NCBI GenBank assembly: GCA_964502135.1 | Contig: CAZCUO010000027.1 | Coordinates: 1-41,924, forward strand | From: an uncultured bacterium | GTDB lineage: Bacteria; Ratteibacteria; UBA8468; B48-G9; JAFGKM01 | DNA: 41,924 bases | Direction: 5' to 3' | Part shown: piece after piece, positions 1 through 8,917 of the stretch | How positions within the stretch are numbered: position 1 is the stretch's first letter | How the letters are laid out: the number at the start of each line of letters is the position of its first letter | The notes under the pieces: generated by a model | The model's input: the letters and a program-made list of their open reading frames with translations, nothing else | The model's database searches: none | What the model was told of the DNA's origin: nothing | Translations under genes and position numbers: made by a program

Positions 1-27
1 TTTCCCTACACGACGCTCTTCCGATCT
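1..27. other. Illumina TruSeq adapter / read-1 primer remnant (technical artefact, not genomic)
   Basis: Bases 1-27 TTTCCCTACACGACGCTCTTCCGATCT equal the 3' end of the TruSeq universal adapter (ACACTCTTTCCCTACACGACGCTCTTCCGATCT). GC-rich block unlike the AT-rich remainder. Confidence 0.95.
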
Positions 28-146
28 AAAAAATACTTCTTTCATAATTCCTCCTCTTTTTTAATTTTTCCACATAAAATTATAAACCTCAACAAAAATT
101 TTTTCAATTTTTTAAAAAATTATAAAATATTAAAAAAGAGGAAAAT

Positions 147-329
147 ATGAGGGAAGGATATTTAATTTATGTTATAGTTGGGTTTATATTTTTAATTAGT
201 GGAATTTTTTTAACTTTTAAACCACGTCTAACTTATGAAAAAGAATCTATTTCAGATATAATTGCAGTTTTTGGGATTATATTGATGGTAATTGGTATTA
301 TACTTTTGCTTTCCCCATTTTTAAAATAA
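147..329 (+). CDS. hypothetical small membrane protein (two predicted TM helices)
   Basis: 60-aa ORF with ATG preceded by GAGG. Two hydrophobic stretches (LIYVIVGFIFLISGIFL, IIAVFGIILMVIGIILLL). No recognisable family. Confidence 0.5.
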   Translation: MREGYLIYVIVGFIFLISGIFLTFKPRLTYEKESISDIIAVFGIILMVIGIILLLSPFLK

Positions 330-331
330 AT

Positions 332-901
332 TTAAATCTTTAAAGATGATGAAATTAACGTAAGGGCTTCTGTTCTTGTTCTTAAATCTCTCAAAAATAT
401 TCCTCTCATAGCACTTGTCACAATTTTCGTTCCCGGTTTTTTTATCCCTCTCATAATCATACACATATGCTCTGCTTCAATTACTGCCATTGCTCCCTGA
501 GGTGTTAAAACATTCATAATTATATCCACTATTTGATTCGTCATTCTTTCTTGAAGTTGAGGTCTTTTTGATAATACATCAACAAGTCTTGCAATTTTAC
601 TTATTCCAACAACATTATTCCCATCAGGCAAATATGCTACATGAACCTTTCCAAAAAATGGTAAAAAATGATGTTCACACATAGAATAAAAATTTATATC
701 TTTTATAAGAACAAGTTCATTATATTCCTCTTTAAAAACTTTACCAAGAACCTTTTTAGGGTCTATCTCTATACCACTAAAAATTTCTGAATACATTTTG
801 GCTACTCTTTTTGGTGTATCTTTTAATTTCTTTTTATCTATATTTTCTCCAAGCCCTTCAATTATTAATTCAATTCCCCTTTCTATTTTCTTTAAGTCCA
901 T
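332..901 (-). CDS. folE: GTP cyclohydrolase I (FolE type 1)
   Basis: Signature CEHHFLPFFGKVHVAYLP plus RPQLQERMT. The track start at 925 is TTG. I prefer the ATG at 901 (MDLKK...), which lies 6 nt after AGGAG. Overlaps the 3' end of ftsH. Confidence 0.92.
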   Translation of the reverse strand: MDLKKIERGIELIIEGLGENIDKKKLKDTPKRVAKMYSEIFSGIEIDPKKVLGKVFKEEYNELVLIKDINFYSMCEHHFLPFFGKVHVAYLPDGNNVVGISKIARLVDVLSKRPQLQERMTNQIVDIIMNVLTPQGAMAVIEAEHMCMIMRGIKKPGTKIVTSAMRGIFLRDLRTRTEALTLISSSLKI

Positions 902-2702
902 CTTCATCTCCTTTTTTAATTCCAAGAATTTTATCTATTTCTTCTGAAGTTAATGTCTCTTTTTCCAAAAGGGCGTTTGCAAGTAAATCAAGTTTATCTC
1001 TATTTGCCATTATTATTTCTTTTGCTCTATTTTCTGCTTCTTCAAGTATATTCTTTATTTCCCTATCAATTTCCCTTGATGTTTCCTCACTATGTTCTCT
1101 CTGCTGAACGATATCCCTCCCAAGAAAAACTGCTTCATGCTGACGAAAACTAACAGGACCTAAATTTTTGCTCATCCCCCATTCACATACCATTTTTCTT
1201 GCAATTTCAGTAGCAATTCTTAAATCATTTTCACTACCTGTAAATTTTTTCCCAAACACAATCTCTTCAGTTGCTCTTCCTGCAAGAAGTGCTGTAATTG
1301 AATTTTTGAAATATGTATCACTCTCAATGTACCTATCTTTATCAGGAAGAACATGTGTAATACCAAGTGCTTGACCCCGAGGTATTATTGTTACTTTATG
1401 AACAGGATAAACTTCTGGTAGTAATTTCTGAACAAGTGTGTGGCCTGCTTCATGATAAGCAATAATTTTTTTCTCTTCTGGACTAATATATAAACTCCTT
1501 CTTTCTATACCCATTAATACTTTATCCTTAGCCTCTTCAAAATCACTCATATCAATTTTTTCTTTTCCTTTTCTTGCTGCAAGAAGTGCTGCCTCATTTA
1601 CAATATTTGCAAGATCTGCTCCTGAAAGACCCGGTGTTGCTCTTGCAATTGTTGCAAGGTCAACAGATGGATCAAGGGGCTTATTTTTTGTATGAACTTT
1701 CAAAATTTGTTCTCTTGCCCTTACATCAGGGAGAGTAACAACAACAGTTCTATCAAATCTTCCTGGCCTTGTTAATGCTGGATCAAGAACATCAGGTCTA
1801 TTTGTTGCAGCCATCACAATTATACCTTCATCTGTTTGAAAACCATCCATTTCAACGAGTAATTGATTTAATGTCTGTTCTCTTTCATCATGACCTCCAC
1901 CAAGCCCTGCAAATCTCTGTCTGCCAACAGCATCAATTTCATCTATAAATACAATACATGGACTTAATTTCTTTGCCTGGCGGAATAAATCTCTTACTCT
2001 ACTTGCACCAACACCAACAAACATTTCAACAAATTCAGACCCACTCATACTTAAAAATGGAACCCCAGCCTCTCCTGCTACTGCTTTTGCAAGAAGTGTC
2101 TTACCTGTTCCTGGTGGACCAATTAAAAGGACTCCTTTAGGAATTTTACCGCCCAATTTTTGAAATCTCTTAGGATTTTTCAAAAATTCAATTATTTCTT
2201 TTAACTCTTCCTTGGCTTCTTCACATCCAGCAACATCATCAAAGGTAATTCTATTTTTGGGATTTGGCATAATAGGGGTTGTTTTTGTAAATGACATAAT
2301 TTTATTCCTCTCTATATTTGCTTGTTTAACAACAAGCCAAAACAGAATAAAAAAAATGAATGCTGGAATGAGATAAGGTAACAGTTCTCCAATAAAACTT
2401 CCTGGTTCATATTTAAAAGATATATTATTCTCTATCAAAATTTTATTTAAGTCAGAGGCTTCTCCTATGTATGTATAAAATTTTTTCCCATCTTTAAGTT
2501 GTCCATAAATTATACCTTTTTTAATTGTCAATACTCCATCAATATTCCCTTTTTTTACTTCATTAATAAAATCACTATATATTAAATTAATCCTTCTTCC
2601 TTCAAACTCAGAAAATTTTGTAAGAGCAAAAATAAAAATACCTATGATAATCCAGAAGATTATTCCTTTAATAAAATTTAATTTGTTATTTTTTTCTTCC
2701 AT
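870..2702 (-). CDS. ftsH: ATP-dependent zinc metalloprotease FtsH
   Basis: N-terminal TM segments, Walker A GPPGTGKT, Walker [13 protein letters not shown] region [20 protein letters not shown], and zinc motif HEAGH. Confidence 0.97.
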   Translation of the reverse strand: MEEKNNKLNFIKGIIFWIIIGIFIFALTKFSEFEGRRINLIYSDFINEVKKGNIDGVLTIKKGIIYGQLKDGKKFYTYIGEASDLNKILIENNISFKYEPGSFIGELLPYLIPAFIFFILFWLVVKQANIERNKIMSFTKTTPIMPNPKNRITFDDVAGCEEAKEELKEIIEFLKNPKRFQKLGGKIPKGVLLIGPPGTGKTLLAKAVAGEAGVPFLSMSGSEFVEMFVGVGASRVRDLFRQAKKLSPCIVFIDEIDAVGRQRFAGLGGGHDEREQTLNQLLVEMDGFQTDEGIIVMAATNRPDVLDPALTRPGRFDRTVVVTLPDVRAREQILKVHTKNKPLDPSVDLATIARATPGLSGADLANIVNEAALLAARKGKEKIDMSDFEEAKDKVLMGIERRSLYISPEEKKIIAYHEAGHTLVQKLLPEVYPVHKVTIIPRGQALGITHVLPDKDRYIESDTYFKNSITALLAGRATEEIVFGKKFTGSENDLRIATEIARKMVCEWGMSKNLGPVSFRQHEAVFLGRDIVQQREHSEETSREIDREIKNILEEAENRAKEIIMANRDKLDLLANALLEKETLTSEEIDKILGIKKGDEDGLKENRKGN

Positions 2703-3715
2703 CCCTTCTCTACTTCCTCTTTTAATTTTATAATTGTTTCAAAAGGATTTTCTGATTTTTCAACTGCACTTATAACTGCTATTCCATCTGCACCATTTTT
2801 TATAACTTCTTTGGCATTTTTTATATTTATACCTCCTATTCCTATTAATGGGATAGAGATATATTTTTTTATTTCTTTTAAAATTTTTATTCCTATAACT
2901 TTTTTTTCTGGTTTTGTTGGAGATTTAAAAATTGACCCTATTGCAATATAGTCAACGTCTTTCTCTTCTAAATTTTTTATATCTTCTGAATTTTCTATAG
3001 AAACACCTATAATTTTTTCTTGTAAAAGTTTTCTTGCATCATTTATATCAAAATCGTTTTTCCCAATATGAACTCCATCACTTTCACATACTAATGCAAT
3101 ATCTATTCTATCATTTATTAAATATATTATCTCATCAGGTATTATTTTTTTCAATTCTTTTGCTATTTTTAAGAAAAAATTTATATTATTTCCTTTATAT
3201 CTCAATTGAACAATCTCAGGTCTTGCCCTAATCACATTTTTTGCAAATTCAAAAAAATTTCCTTCCTCTTTTAAATTCAAAATTACATATACACAAGGAA
3301 CTTTTATTTTTTTTCTTGCCAACTTACATATAATTTTTTTTTCAATATCATATATTTCAAACCTTACGTCATGAAAAAAAATAGATGCTTGTTGATTTAA
3401 AACTTTTGAATATTCTTCAAGAACTCTTAGAGATTCTTCTACTCTTAAAAAATTATTTACAACCAGTTTATTTATATCAATTCTCTCTATTTCATTAAAA
3501 TTTTTACCCTTATCTTTCTCTATATCCCTTGAAACTTTAAGAAATATCTCTTTAAAAAATTCTAAAGTTTTTTTTGCAAATAAATGTCTTATATCTCTTA
3601 TTTTTTTTAAGTATTCTTCATTCATATAAATAAATCTCAGCGCCTCTTCAATTACTCTTAAACCCTCTCTTGTTCTATTAAAATTAGCATCAATTATTCT
3701 ATAAATTTCTTTCAT
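2678..3715 (-). CDS. thiE: thiamine-phosphate synthase, long form with extra N-terminal domain of about 130 aa
   Basis: C-terminal two thirds match the ThiE pattern (VQLRYK, INDRIDIAL, DGVHIGKND, IGVS, DYIAIGSIF.S.TK, IGIGGI, ADGIAVISAV). The N-terminus IDANFNRTREGLRVIEEALRF resembles the extension of long ThiE forms. Confidence 0.85.
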   Translation of the reverse strand: MKEIYRIIDANFNRTREGLRVIEEALRFIYMNEEYLKKIRDIRHLFAKKTLEFFKEIFLKVSRDIEKDKGKNFNEIERIDINKLVVNNFLRVEESLRVLEEYSKVLNQQASIFFHDVRFEIYDIEKKIICKLARKKIKVPCVYVILNLKEEGNFFEFAKNVIRARPEIVQLRYKGNNINFFLKIAKELKKIIPDEIIYLINDRIDIALVCESDGVHIGKNDFDINDARKLLQEKIIGVSIENSEDIKNLEEKDVDYIAIGSIFKSPTKPEKKVIGIKILKEIKKYISIPLIGIGGINIKNAKEVIKNGADGIAVISAVEKSENPFETIIKLKEEVEKGWKKKITN

Positions 3716-4175
3716 TTGCTTTTTTTAATAAATTTGTTGTTGAATAATTTTTATAAAAAGGAACTATAACTACTTTACCACCATATTTTTTAATAATTTC
3801 CTTCCCCACAACTTCATTTTCTTTATAATCACCACCTTTAACTATATAATGAGGCAAAATATTTTTTATCAATCTTATAGGGGTTTTTTCTCCAAATAAA
3901 ACTATGTAATCCACCATTGAAAAAGAGGATAAAATCTCAGCCCTTCCTTTTTCATCTATTATTGGTCGTTTTTCACCTTTCAATTTTTTTACAGAAGTAT
4001 CTTTATTTAATCCTACAATAAGAATATCTCCAAGTGATTTTGCTTTTTTTAATAGTTTTATATGTCCAGGGTGAATAATATCAAAACATCCATTTGTAAA
4101 AACAATAATTTTATTTTCTTTTCTTAACTTTTCACATATTTTTTTAATTTCTTTGATGGTTTTAATTTTATGCAT
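3699..4175 (-). CDS. hldC: cytidylyltransferase-fold protein, probable D-beta-D-heptose 1-phosphate adenylyltransferase (RfaE domain II type)
   Basis: FTNGCFDIIHPGHIKLLKKAK (HxGH nucleotidyltransferase motif), about 158 aa, immediately downstream of gmhA. Confidence 0.8.
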   Translation of the reverse strand: MHKIKTIKEIKKICEKLRKENKIIVFTNGCFDIIHPGHIKLLKKAKSLGDILIVGLNKDTSVKKLKGEKRPIIDEKGRAEILSSFSMVDYIVLFGEKTPIRLIKNILPHYIVKGGDYKENEVVGKEIIKKYGGKVVIVPFYKNYSTTNLLKKANERNL

Positions 4176-4177
4176 TT

Positions 4178-4759
4178 TTAAAATTCTGATTCAATAAGTA
4201 GAGATAAAAGATGATAAACAATTAGGTGAATTTCCTGGATTTTTTCGGTATTAGTTGAAGGGACTGAAATTACAAAATCTGAAAATTTTTCAAGTGTGTT
4301 AGGTACTTTTCCTGTAAAAGAAATTATTTTCATTTTATTTTTCTTTGCTTCTTTCGCTGCTTCTATTATGTTTTTTGATTCTCCTGAAGTTGAAAAACAG
4401 ATTAAAATATCATTTTTTTTACCAATTGCTGATACTTGTTTTGAAAATATATATTCAAATTTATAATCATTACCAATGCATGTTAATACCGAAGTATCAG
4501 TTGTTAATGAAATAAAAGGTAAAGGTTGTCTTTCTTTTTTGAATCTATTTACCATTTCACCTGTAAAATGTTGACAATCTGCAGCACTACCACCATTTCC
4601 ACATAAAAGAATTTTATTACCTTTTTTAATACTTTTTATTATAAAATCAGAAATTTCAATTATTTTCTCAAAAAAATTTGATGTAAAAACTAAATTTACT
4701 AATTTTATATGATCTTCTATTTCTTTTTTCAACTCCTCAATCTTCCTTGCTTTCCTCAT
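4178..4759 (-). CDS. gmhA: phosphoheptose (sedoheptulose-7-phosphate) isomerase, SIS domain
   Basis: GNGGSAADCQHFTGEMV and FSTSGESKNI are GmhA-type SIS motifs. Confidence 0.88.
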   Translation of the reverse strand: MRKARKIEELKKEIEDHIKLVNLVFTSNFFEKIIEISDFIIKSIKKGNKILLCGNGGSAADCQHFTGEMVNRFKKERQPLPFISLTTDTSVLTCIGNDYKFEYIFSKQVSAIGKKNDILICFSTSGESKNIIEAAKEAKKNKMKIISFTGKVPNTLEKFSDFVISVPSTNTEKIQEIHLIVYHLLSLLIESEF

Positions 4760-5288
4760 CTTCGGTTTTTTCAGAAACCCCTACTATATTTGAAACATAA
4801 ATCTCAATATTTGATATTCTCTCAATGCCAATGGTATCCTGTAAATAATTTTTTGTTAATTCTTGAATATTACTACAGATTTCAGGAATATTCAAATTTG
4901 AAGACAATTTTAAATTTATTTTTGTTTCAAGGCCTTTTGATGTAACAATTGTTTTAACCTTTATTCCCTTTATTCCATCTATCTGTTTTTTTATGGTTGC
5001 TGTAATATAATCTTCAATTGCTTTTAAAGAAATTTTAACTTTCCCACCTGGATTGTTGAAAGAAATTGTTTTTGTTCTATAAATATAATCAAACCAGTTC
5101 ACTAACCAAATTATTCCCATAATTAAAATTATAATTGAAAAAATGCCTATCTTATATGAGTTTCCCTTTATAAAATTTAAAAAATTGTTAGATAGATTTT
5201 CGTTTGTGAAAAAAGATAAAAGACAGAAAAGAAAAAATACACCTAACAAAATATAAATTGCAGCAACAATTCTACTCCATATTCTCAT
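4737..5288 (-). CDS. membrane-anchored Asp23/AmaP-like (alkaline shock family) protein
   Basis: Two N-terminal TM helices followed by KISLKAIEDYITATIKKQIDGIKGIKVKT...LNIPEICSNIQELTKNYL, which resembles the Asp23/AmaP fold. Acidic tail. Confidence 0.5.
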   Translation of the reverse strand: MRIWSRIVAAIYILLGVFFLFCLLSFFTNENLSNNFLNFIKGNSYKIGIFSIIILIMGIIWLVNWFDYIYRTKTISFNNPGGKVKISLKAIEDYITATIKKQIDGIKGIKVKTIVTSKGLETKINLKLSSNLNIPEICSNIQELTKNYLQDTIGIERISNIEIYVSNIVGVSEKTEDEESKED

Positions 5289-5340
5289 TTTTTGCTCCTT
5301 TTTAAAATTTTACCTTTTAAAAATTATTTTTTCAAATAAA

Positions 5341-5368
5341 TTGACATTATTAGCAAAAAATATAAAAT
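5341..5368 (+). promoter_or_regulatory. sigma70-like promoter for the DegT/epimerase pair
   Basis: TTGACA (5341-5346), 16 nt spacer, TAAAAT (5363-5368), followed by AGGAGG (5384-5389) and ATG at 5395. Confidence 0.5.
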
Positions 5369-5394
5369 ATGAAAAAAATAAGAAGGAGGAGAAA

Positions 5395-6519
5395 ATGGCT
5401 GGAAGAGAAGTTTTTGATGATGAAGAAATAAAAGAAGTTGTTGAAGTTTTAAAAAGGAAGGTTTTATTTAGATATGGATTTGATAAAGAAAGGGAAGGCA
5501 TTTATAAAGTAAAAGAATTTGAAGATAAATTTAAAGAATTTATAGGTTCAAAATTTGCTCTTGGTGTCTCATCAGGTTCTGCTGCTTTAAAGGTTGCAAT
5601 TGAAAGTTTAAATCTACCCAAAGGAAAAGAAATAATAACTCAATGTTTTACATTTGTTGCTACAATTGAAGCAATTGAAGAAAGTGGATTTAAACCAGTC
5701 CTATGTGAAATTGACGATTCATTAAATATGGACATTTTAGACCTTGAAAGAAAAATAACAAAAGATACTTGTGCAGTTATCCCTGTAAATATGATGGGTT
5801 GTTCAGGAAAAATAGACAAGATTATTGAAATAGCAAAAAATAAAAATTTACCTGTTATAGAGGATAATTGTCAGAGTACTGGAGCAAGTTATTTTGGTAA
5901 AAAACTCGGGACATTTGGAGATGTTGGGTGCTTTTCTTTTGATTATGTGAAAGTCATGACAACTGGAGAGGGTGGAATGTTAGTTACAGATAATGAAGAA
6001 ATTTATAAACAAGCAGATTATTATCACGACCATGGACATCCACATTTAAAGGATATAGGAAGAGGGGAAGAAAAAAGAATGAGAAAAGGATTTAATTTTA
6101 GAATGAATGAATTACAAGGTGCACTTGGTATTGTTCAATTAAAAAAACTTCCAGAAATCATAAAAAAACAGAAAGAAAATAAAAAGAAAATTAAAGAAGG
6201 AATAAAAGATTTAAATGGTATTGTTTTCAGGGATATCCCTGACCCAGAAGGGGAAATAGCAACATTTTTAACATTTTATCTTCCTACAAAAGAAAAAACA
6301 GAAAAATTTAAAGAAGAAATGAAAAGTTTTGGAGTAAATCCTGCAATATTAAATTACTGGCATTTTATAGCAAATATTGAAATAGCAGGCGGAGATTTCC
6401 CCAAAACAAAAGACATACTTGAAAGAATGGTCTCAATTGAAATTAAAACAATTATGAAAGAGGAAGAGATATCAAAAATAATAGATGTAATTAGAAAAGT
6501 TGCTAAAAAAGTCCTTTAA
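5395..6519 (+). CDS. DegT/DnrJ/EryC1/StrS-family PLP-dependent sugar aminotransferase/dehydratase
   Basis: Family-like blocks SSGSAALKVA, IEDNCQSTGA, and FSFDYVKVMTTGEGGM (putative PLP lysine). Start moved to the ATG at 5395 with a strong RBS; the track TTG at 5341 is the -35 box. Confidence 0.85.
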   Translation: MAGREVFDDEEIKEVVEVLKRKVLFRYGFDKEREGIYKVKEFEDKFKEFIGSKFALGVSSGSAALKVAIESLNLPKGKEIITQCFTFVATIEAIEESGFKPVLCEIDDSLNMDILDLERKITKDTCAVIPVNMMGCSGKIDKIIEIAKNKNLPVIEDNCQSTGASYFGKKLGTFGDVGCFSFDYVKVMTTGEGGMLVTDNEEIYKQADYYHDHGHPHLKDIGRGEEKRMRKGFNFRMNELQGALGIVQLKKLPEIIKKQKENKKKIKEGIKDLNGIVFRDIPDPEGEIATFLTFYLPTKEKTEKFKEEMKSFGVNPAILNYWHFIANIEIAGGDFPKTKDILERMVSIEIKTIMKEEEISKIIDVIRKVAKKVL

Positions 6520-6526
6520 TTAAAAA

Positions 6527-7459
6527 ATGGCTAAAATTCTTGTTACAGGTGGATGCGGTTTTATAGGAAGTCATACAGTTGATAGGTTAATAGAAGAAAA
6601 AAACGAAGTTTTTGTTATTGATAATCTTTCTACTGGCTCTATTGAAAATCTAAATAAAAAAGCAATTTTTTATAATATAGATATAAGAAATAGAGAAAAA
6701 TTAAAAGAGTTATTTGAAAATAATTATTTTGATTATGTTTTTCATTTTGCTGCTCAAATAAATGTTAGAAAAGCAGAAGAAGACCCAAAATTTGATATTG
6801 ATGTTAATATAGGTGGAATTATAAATTTACTTGAAGAATTGAAGAAAAATCCTCCTAAAAAAATTATATTTTCTTCAACTGGTGGAGTTATGTATGGATT
6901 AGTGGATATTTTCCCAACCCCAGAAAGTGTTGAACCATTTCCTATATGTACTTATGGTATATCAAAATTGACTGGTGAAAAATTATTATATGCATATAGT
7001 AAAAAATATGGAATTGATTATGTGGCCTTAAGATATGGAAATGTCTATGGACCAAGACAGAATTATTTATCAGAAGCAGGAGTTATAGCAATTTTTATTT
7101 CAAGAATTATTGAAAATAAAGAGTGTGTAATTTTTGGTGATGGTAATCAAACAAGGGATTTTATTTATATTGAAGATGTTGTTGATGTAAATATTTTATT
7201 TATGAAAAATAATTTAACAGGGACTTTCAATGTTGGAACAGGTAGAGAGACAAGTGTTAATGATATTTTTGAGATTATAAAAAGAAATATAAAAAAAGAG
7301 TGTAAAAAAGTTTATACAGAAGAAAGAAAAGGTGAATTGAAAAGAAGTTGTTTATCAATTGAGAAAATAAAAAGAGAAACAGGATGGGTTCCTAAATTCA
7401 CAATTGAAGAAGGAATAAATGAGACAATTAACTGGTTTTTATATAAGGTGAAAAGTTAA
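6527..7459 (+). CDS. NAD-dependent sugar nucleotide epimerase/dehydratase (extended SDR)
   Basis: VTGGCGFIGSH Rossmann motif and YGISK (YxxxK) catalytic motif, about 310 aa. Substrate cannot be assigned by eye. Confidence 0.88.
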   Translation: MAKILVTGGCGFIGSHTVDRLIEEKNEVFVIDNLSTGSIENLNKKAIFYNIDIRNREKLKELFENNYFDYVFHFAAQINVRKAEEDPKFDIDVNIGGIINLLEELKKNPPKKIIFSSTGGVMYGLVDIFPTPESVEPFPICTYGISKLTGEKLLYAYSKKYGIDYVALRYGNVYGPRQNYLSEAGVIAIFISRIIENKECVIFGDGNQTRDFIYIEDVVDVNILFMKNNLTGTFNVGTGRETSVNDIFEIIKRNIKKECKKVYTEERKGELKRSCLSIEKIKRETGWVPKFTIEEGINETINWFLYKVKS

Positions 7460-8163
7460 TAAGAAGATGATTCCCATTCAGGGTCACTTATAAAAATATT
7501 ATAATCTCTAAAAGCAAGATTTAAAACTTTTTGTTTATGGTTGTAATAATGCCAAAAACATCTAACAATAGGAACTTGTCCTCCATATCCATGCATTGAT
7601 TGCCAAACTTTTGCTTCTTTCCACGTTACAATTCCATCTCCGTTTGTATCTGCCTGTTGTATATCTATTTCATTGTGAGTGCTTTCAAACCACCTACAAC
7701 GAGTTGGTGCAAATTCATATGTATAACTACATGCTTCAACAGAAGGATTTCTATAATTGTAAGCATTTTCATCAAAAGGAGAAGGAGAATATGAAGGATA
7801 ATTATTTTGAACTTTTGACAAAGGAATATCACATATCTCTGGAAAAGATGGATTTCCATGACCTTTGTTTCCTTTATTTAAATCAGTTAAACATATAAAA
7901 ATTTTACCTGCACCAAGATAATTTGAACCAATACCAGGGATGTCGCTTTTACATAAAAGAGAAAGCCAAGTGGGATAATCGTCATAGTCCTGATAATACA
8001 TTTCAATTGCTAGACCTATTTGATGAAGATTATTTATACAATTTGCCTGCCTTCCCTTTTCTCTTGCTGTTGAAAGTGCAGGTAAAATTTGACCCGCAAG
8101 CATTGAAATAATTGCTATTACAACAAGTAATTCTATTAGTGTGAAGCCAGTTATCTTTTTCAT
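7456..8163 (-). CDS. prepilin-type N-terminal cleavage/methylation domain protein (pseudopilin-like, DUF1559-like core) with EF-hand-type Ca-binding loop
   Basis: MKKITG|FTLIELLVVIAIISMLA has the class III signal with Glu at +5. ALSTAREKGRQANCINNLHQIGLAIEMY is typical of PVC-type pseudopilin-like proteins. DTNGDGIVTWKE fits the DxNxDGxIxxxE loop. Confidence 0.85.
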   Translation of the reverse strand: MKKITGFTLIELLVVIAIISMLAGQILPALSTAREKGRQANCINNLHQIGLAIEMYYQDYDDYPTWLSLLCKSDIPGIGSNYLGAGKIFICLTDLNKGNKGHGNPSFPEICDIPLSKVQNNYPSYSPSPFDENAYNYRNPSVEACSYTYEFAPTRCRWFESTHNEIDIQQADTNGDGIVTWKEAKVWQSMHGYGGQVPIVRCFWHYYNHKQKVLNLAFRDYNIFISDPEWESSSY

Positions 8164-8852
8164 TTTTTTACTCCTTTTTGCATTTCTTTTATTGTATTAT
8201 AAATGTAATTTTTCATCTCATCATTTTGCTCATTATAATATAAAGCCCATAATTGTGTCTCAAGTTCTTCAAATTTCCCTTTTTCTTTTAGTATATTAAG
8301 TGCTTCTTTTCTAACATCTATATTTTCTTCTATATTTTCAACTATTTTTAAAAGTTTATCCTGATAATCTGGAGATTTCATATAAGAGAGAATTTTCAGT
8401 TTTGTTTCTTTATCTTCTTTATCAAACCTATTAATTAAGTAATCAATATTTTTTCTGTCAATTTTAATAATTGTTTCAAAGGTTATTTCTTTAATTTTTC
8501 TGTCTGAACTATCAAGATATGTGAGAAGTTTATTAAAATCAATTTGTCCTATACTCCAAGCACAAACTCTTTTTATTTCTTCGTCAGTTTCTTGTTGAAA
8601 TATTTTTTCTATTTCAGGAAGCGCTTCTTTAATTTTTAGATTTCCTACATTATAAATTCCATAAATTTTTTCACTTTTATTTGGACTTCTTAATTGCTTA
8701 ATAAACGTTTTTAAGGTTGGACTTTTGCCTTTTTTAGCACTCCAAATAGAAACTCTTAATATCGTTAGAAAAATAATTCCAATACATATCCACAAAACTA
8801 TTCTCTTTTTTTTATCAAGACTTTTATAAAACTCAACAATTTTTTGCTTCAT
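8160..8852 (-). CDS. membrane-anchored HEAT/ARM-like repeat protein, function unknown
   Basis: One N-terminal TM helix (IVLWICIGIIFLTIL) followed by helical repeats resembling PBS-lyase HEAT repeats (EALPEIEKIF...DEEIKRVCAWSIGQI; IDVRKEALNILKEKG). Its stop overlaps the next start as ATGA. Confidence 0.55.
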   Translation of the reverse strand: MKQKIVEFYKSLDKKKRIVLWICIGIIFLTILRVSIWSAKKGKSPTLKTFIKQLRSPNKSEKIYGIYNVGNLKIKEALPEIEKIFQQETDEEIKRVCAWSIGQIDFNKLLTYLDSSDRKIKEITFETIIKIDRKNIDYLINRFDKEDKETKLKILSYMKSPDYQDKLLKIVENIEENIDVRKEALNILKEKGKFEELETQLWALYYNEQNDEMKNYIYNTIKEMQKGVKK

Positions 8853-8859
8853 AAATTAT

Positions 8860-8865
8860 ATTATA
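8860..8865 (-). promoter_or_regulatory. candidate -10 box (TATAAT) 7 nt upstream of the ATG at 8852; possible leaderless or near-leaderless transcript
   Basis: The minus strand reads ggTATAATataatttATG. No Shine-Dalgarno sequence lies between them. Confidence 0.3.
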
Positions 8866-8917
8866 CCTAAAAAAAATAAAAAATTAAAGGTAATTAACAC
8901 TTATTTCCAATTTTAGT

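Noticed and set aside
28-56. Apparent 5' end of a minus-strand gene: GAGGAGG (56-50), ATG at 45-43, then MKEVFF running into the adapter.
   Set aside because: Only 6 genuine codons remain before the adapter or contig end. This is too short to call a CDS or infer a product.
811-1374. Plus-strand ORFs 811-1107, 953-1153 and 1168-1374 (66-98 aa).
   Set aside because: They are entirely antisense to the well-supported ftsH/folE genes. They have low-complexity Ser/Leu/Phe-rich translations typical of the reverse frame of AT-rich Lys/Glu-rich genes.
5341-5394. ORF-track N-terminal extension of the DegT gene starting at TTG 5341 (MTLLAKNIKYEKNKKEEK).
   Set aside because: The TTG is part of a TTGACA -35 box with TAAAAT 16 nt downstream. 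A strong AGGAGG precedes the in-frame ATG at 5395, so the extension is promoter and 5'-UTR, not coding.
5310-5501. Minus-strand 63-aa ORF spanning the DegT start region.
   Set aside because: It overlaps the promoter, RBS and 5' end of the DegT gene, has a Ser/Phe-rich low-complexity translation, and has no RBS.
6358-6372. sigma54-like TGGCAT-N-AGCA motif. Similar hits lie near 31030-31050 on the minus strand and at 9863-9877.
   Set aside because: The GG-to-GC spacing is 9 nt, not 10, and all hits lie inside coding regions. No convincing -24/-12 promoter was found in any intergenic gap, so the target of the NtrC-type regulator is not in this window.
7456-7560. Possible H-X9-DG C-terminal motif of DUF1559-type proteins (HKQKVLNLAFRDYN).
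   Set aside because: The spacing and residues (H-X10-DY) do not match the motif, so I do not claim it. Family placement rests on the N-terminal region only.
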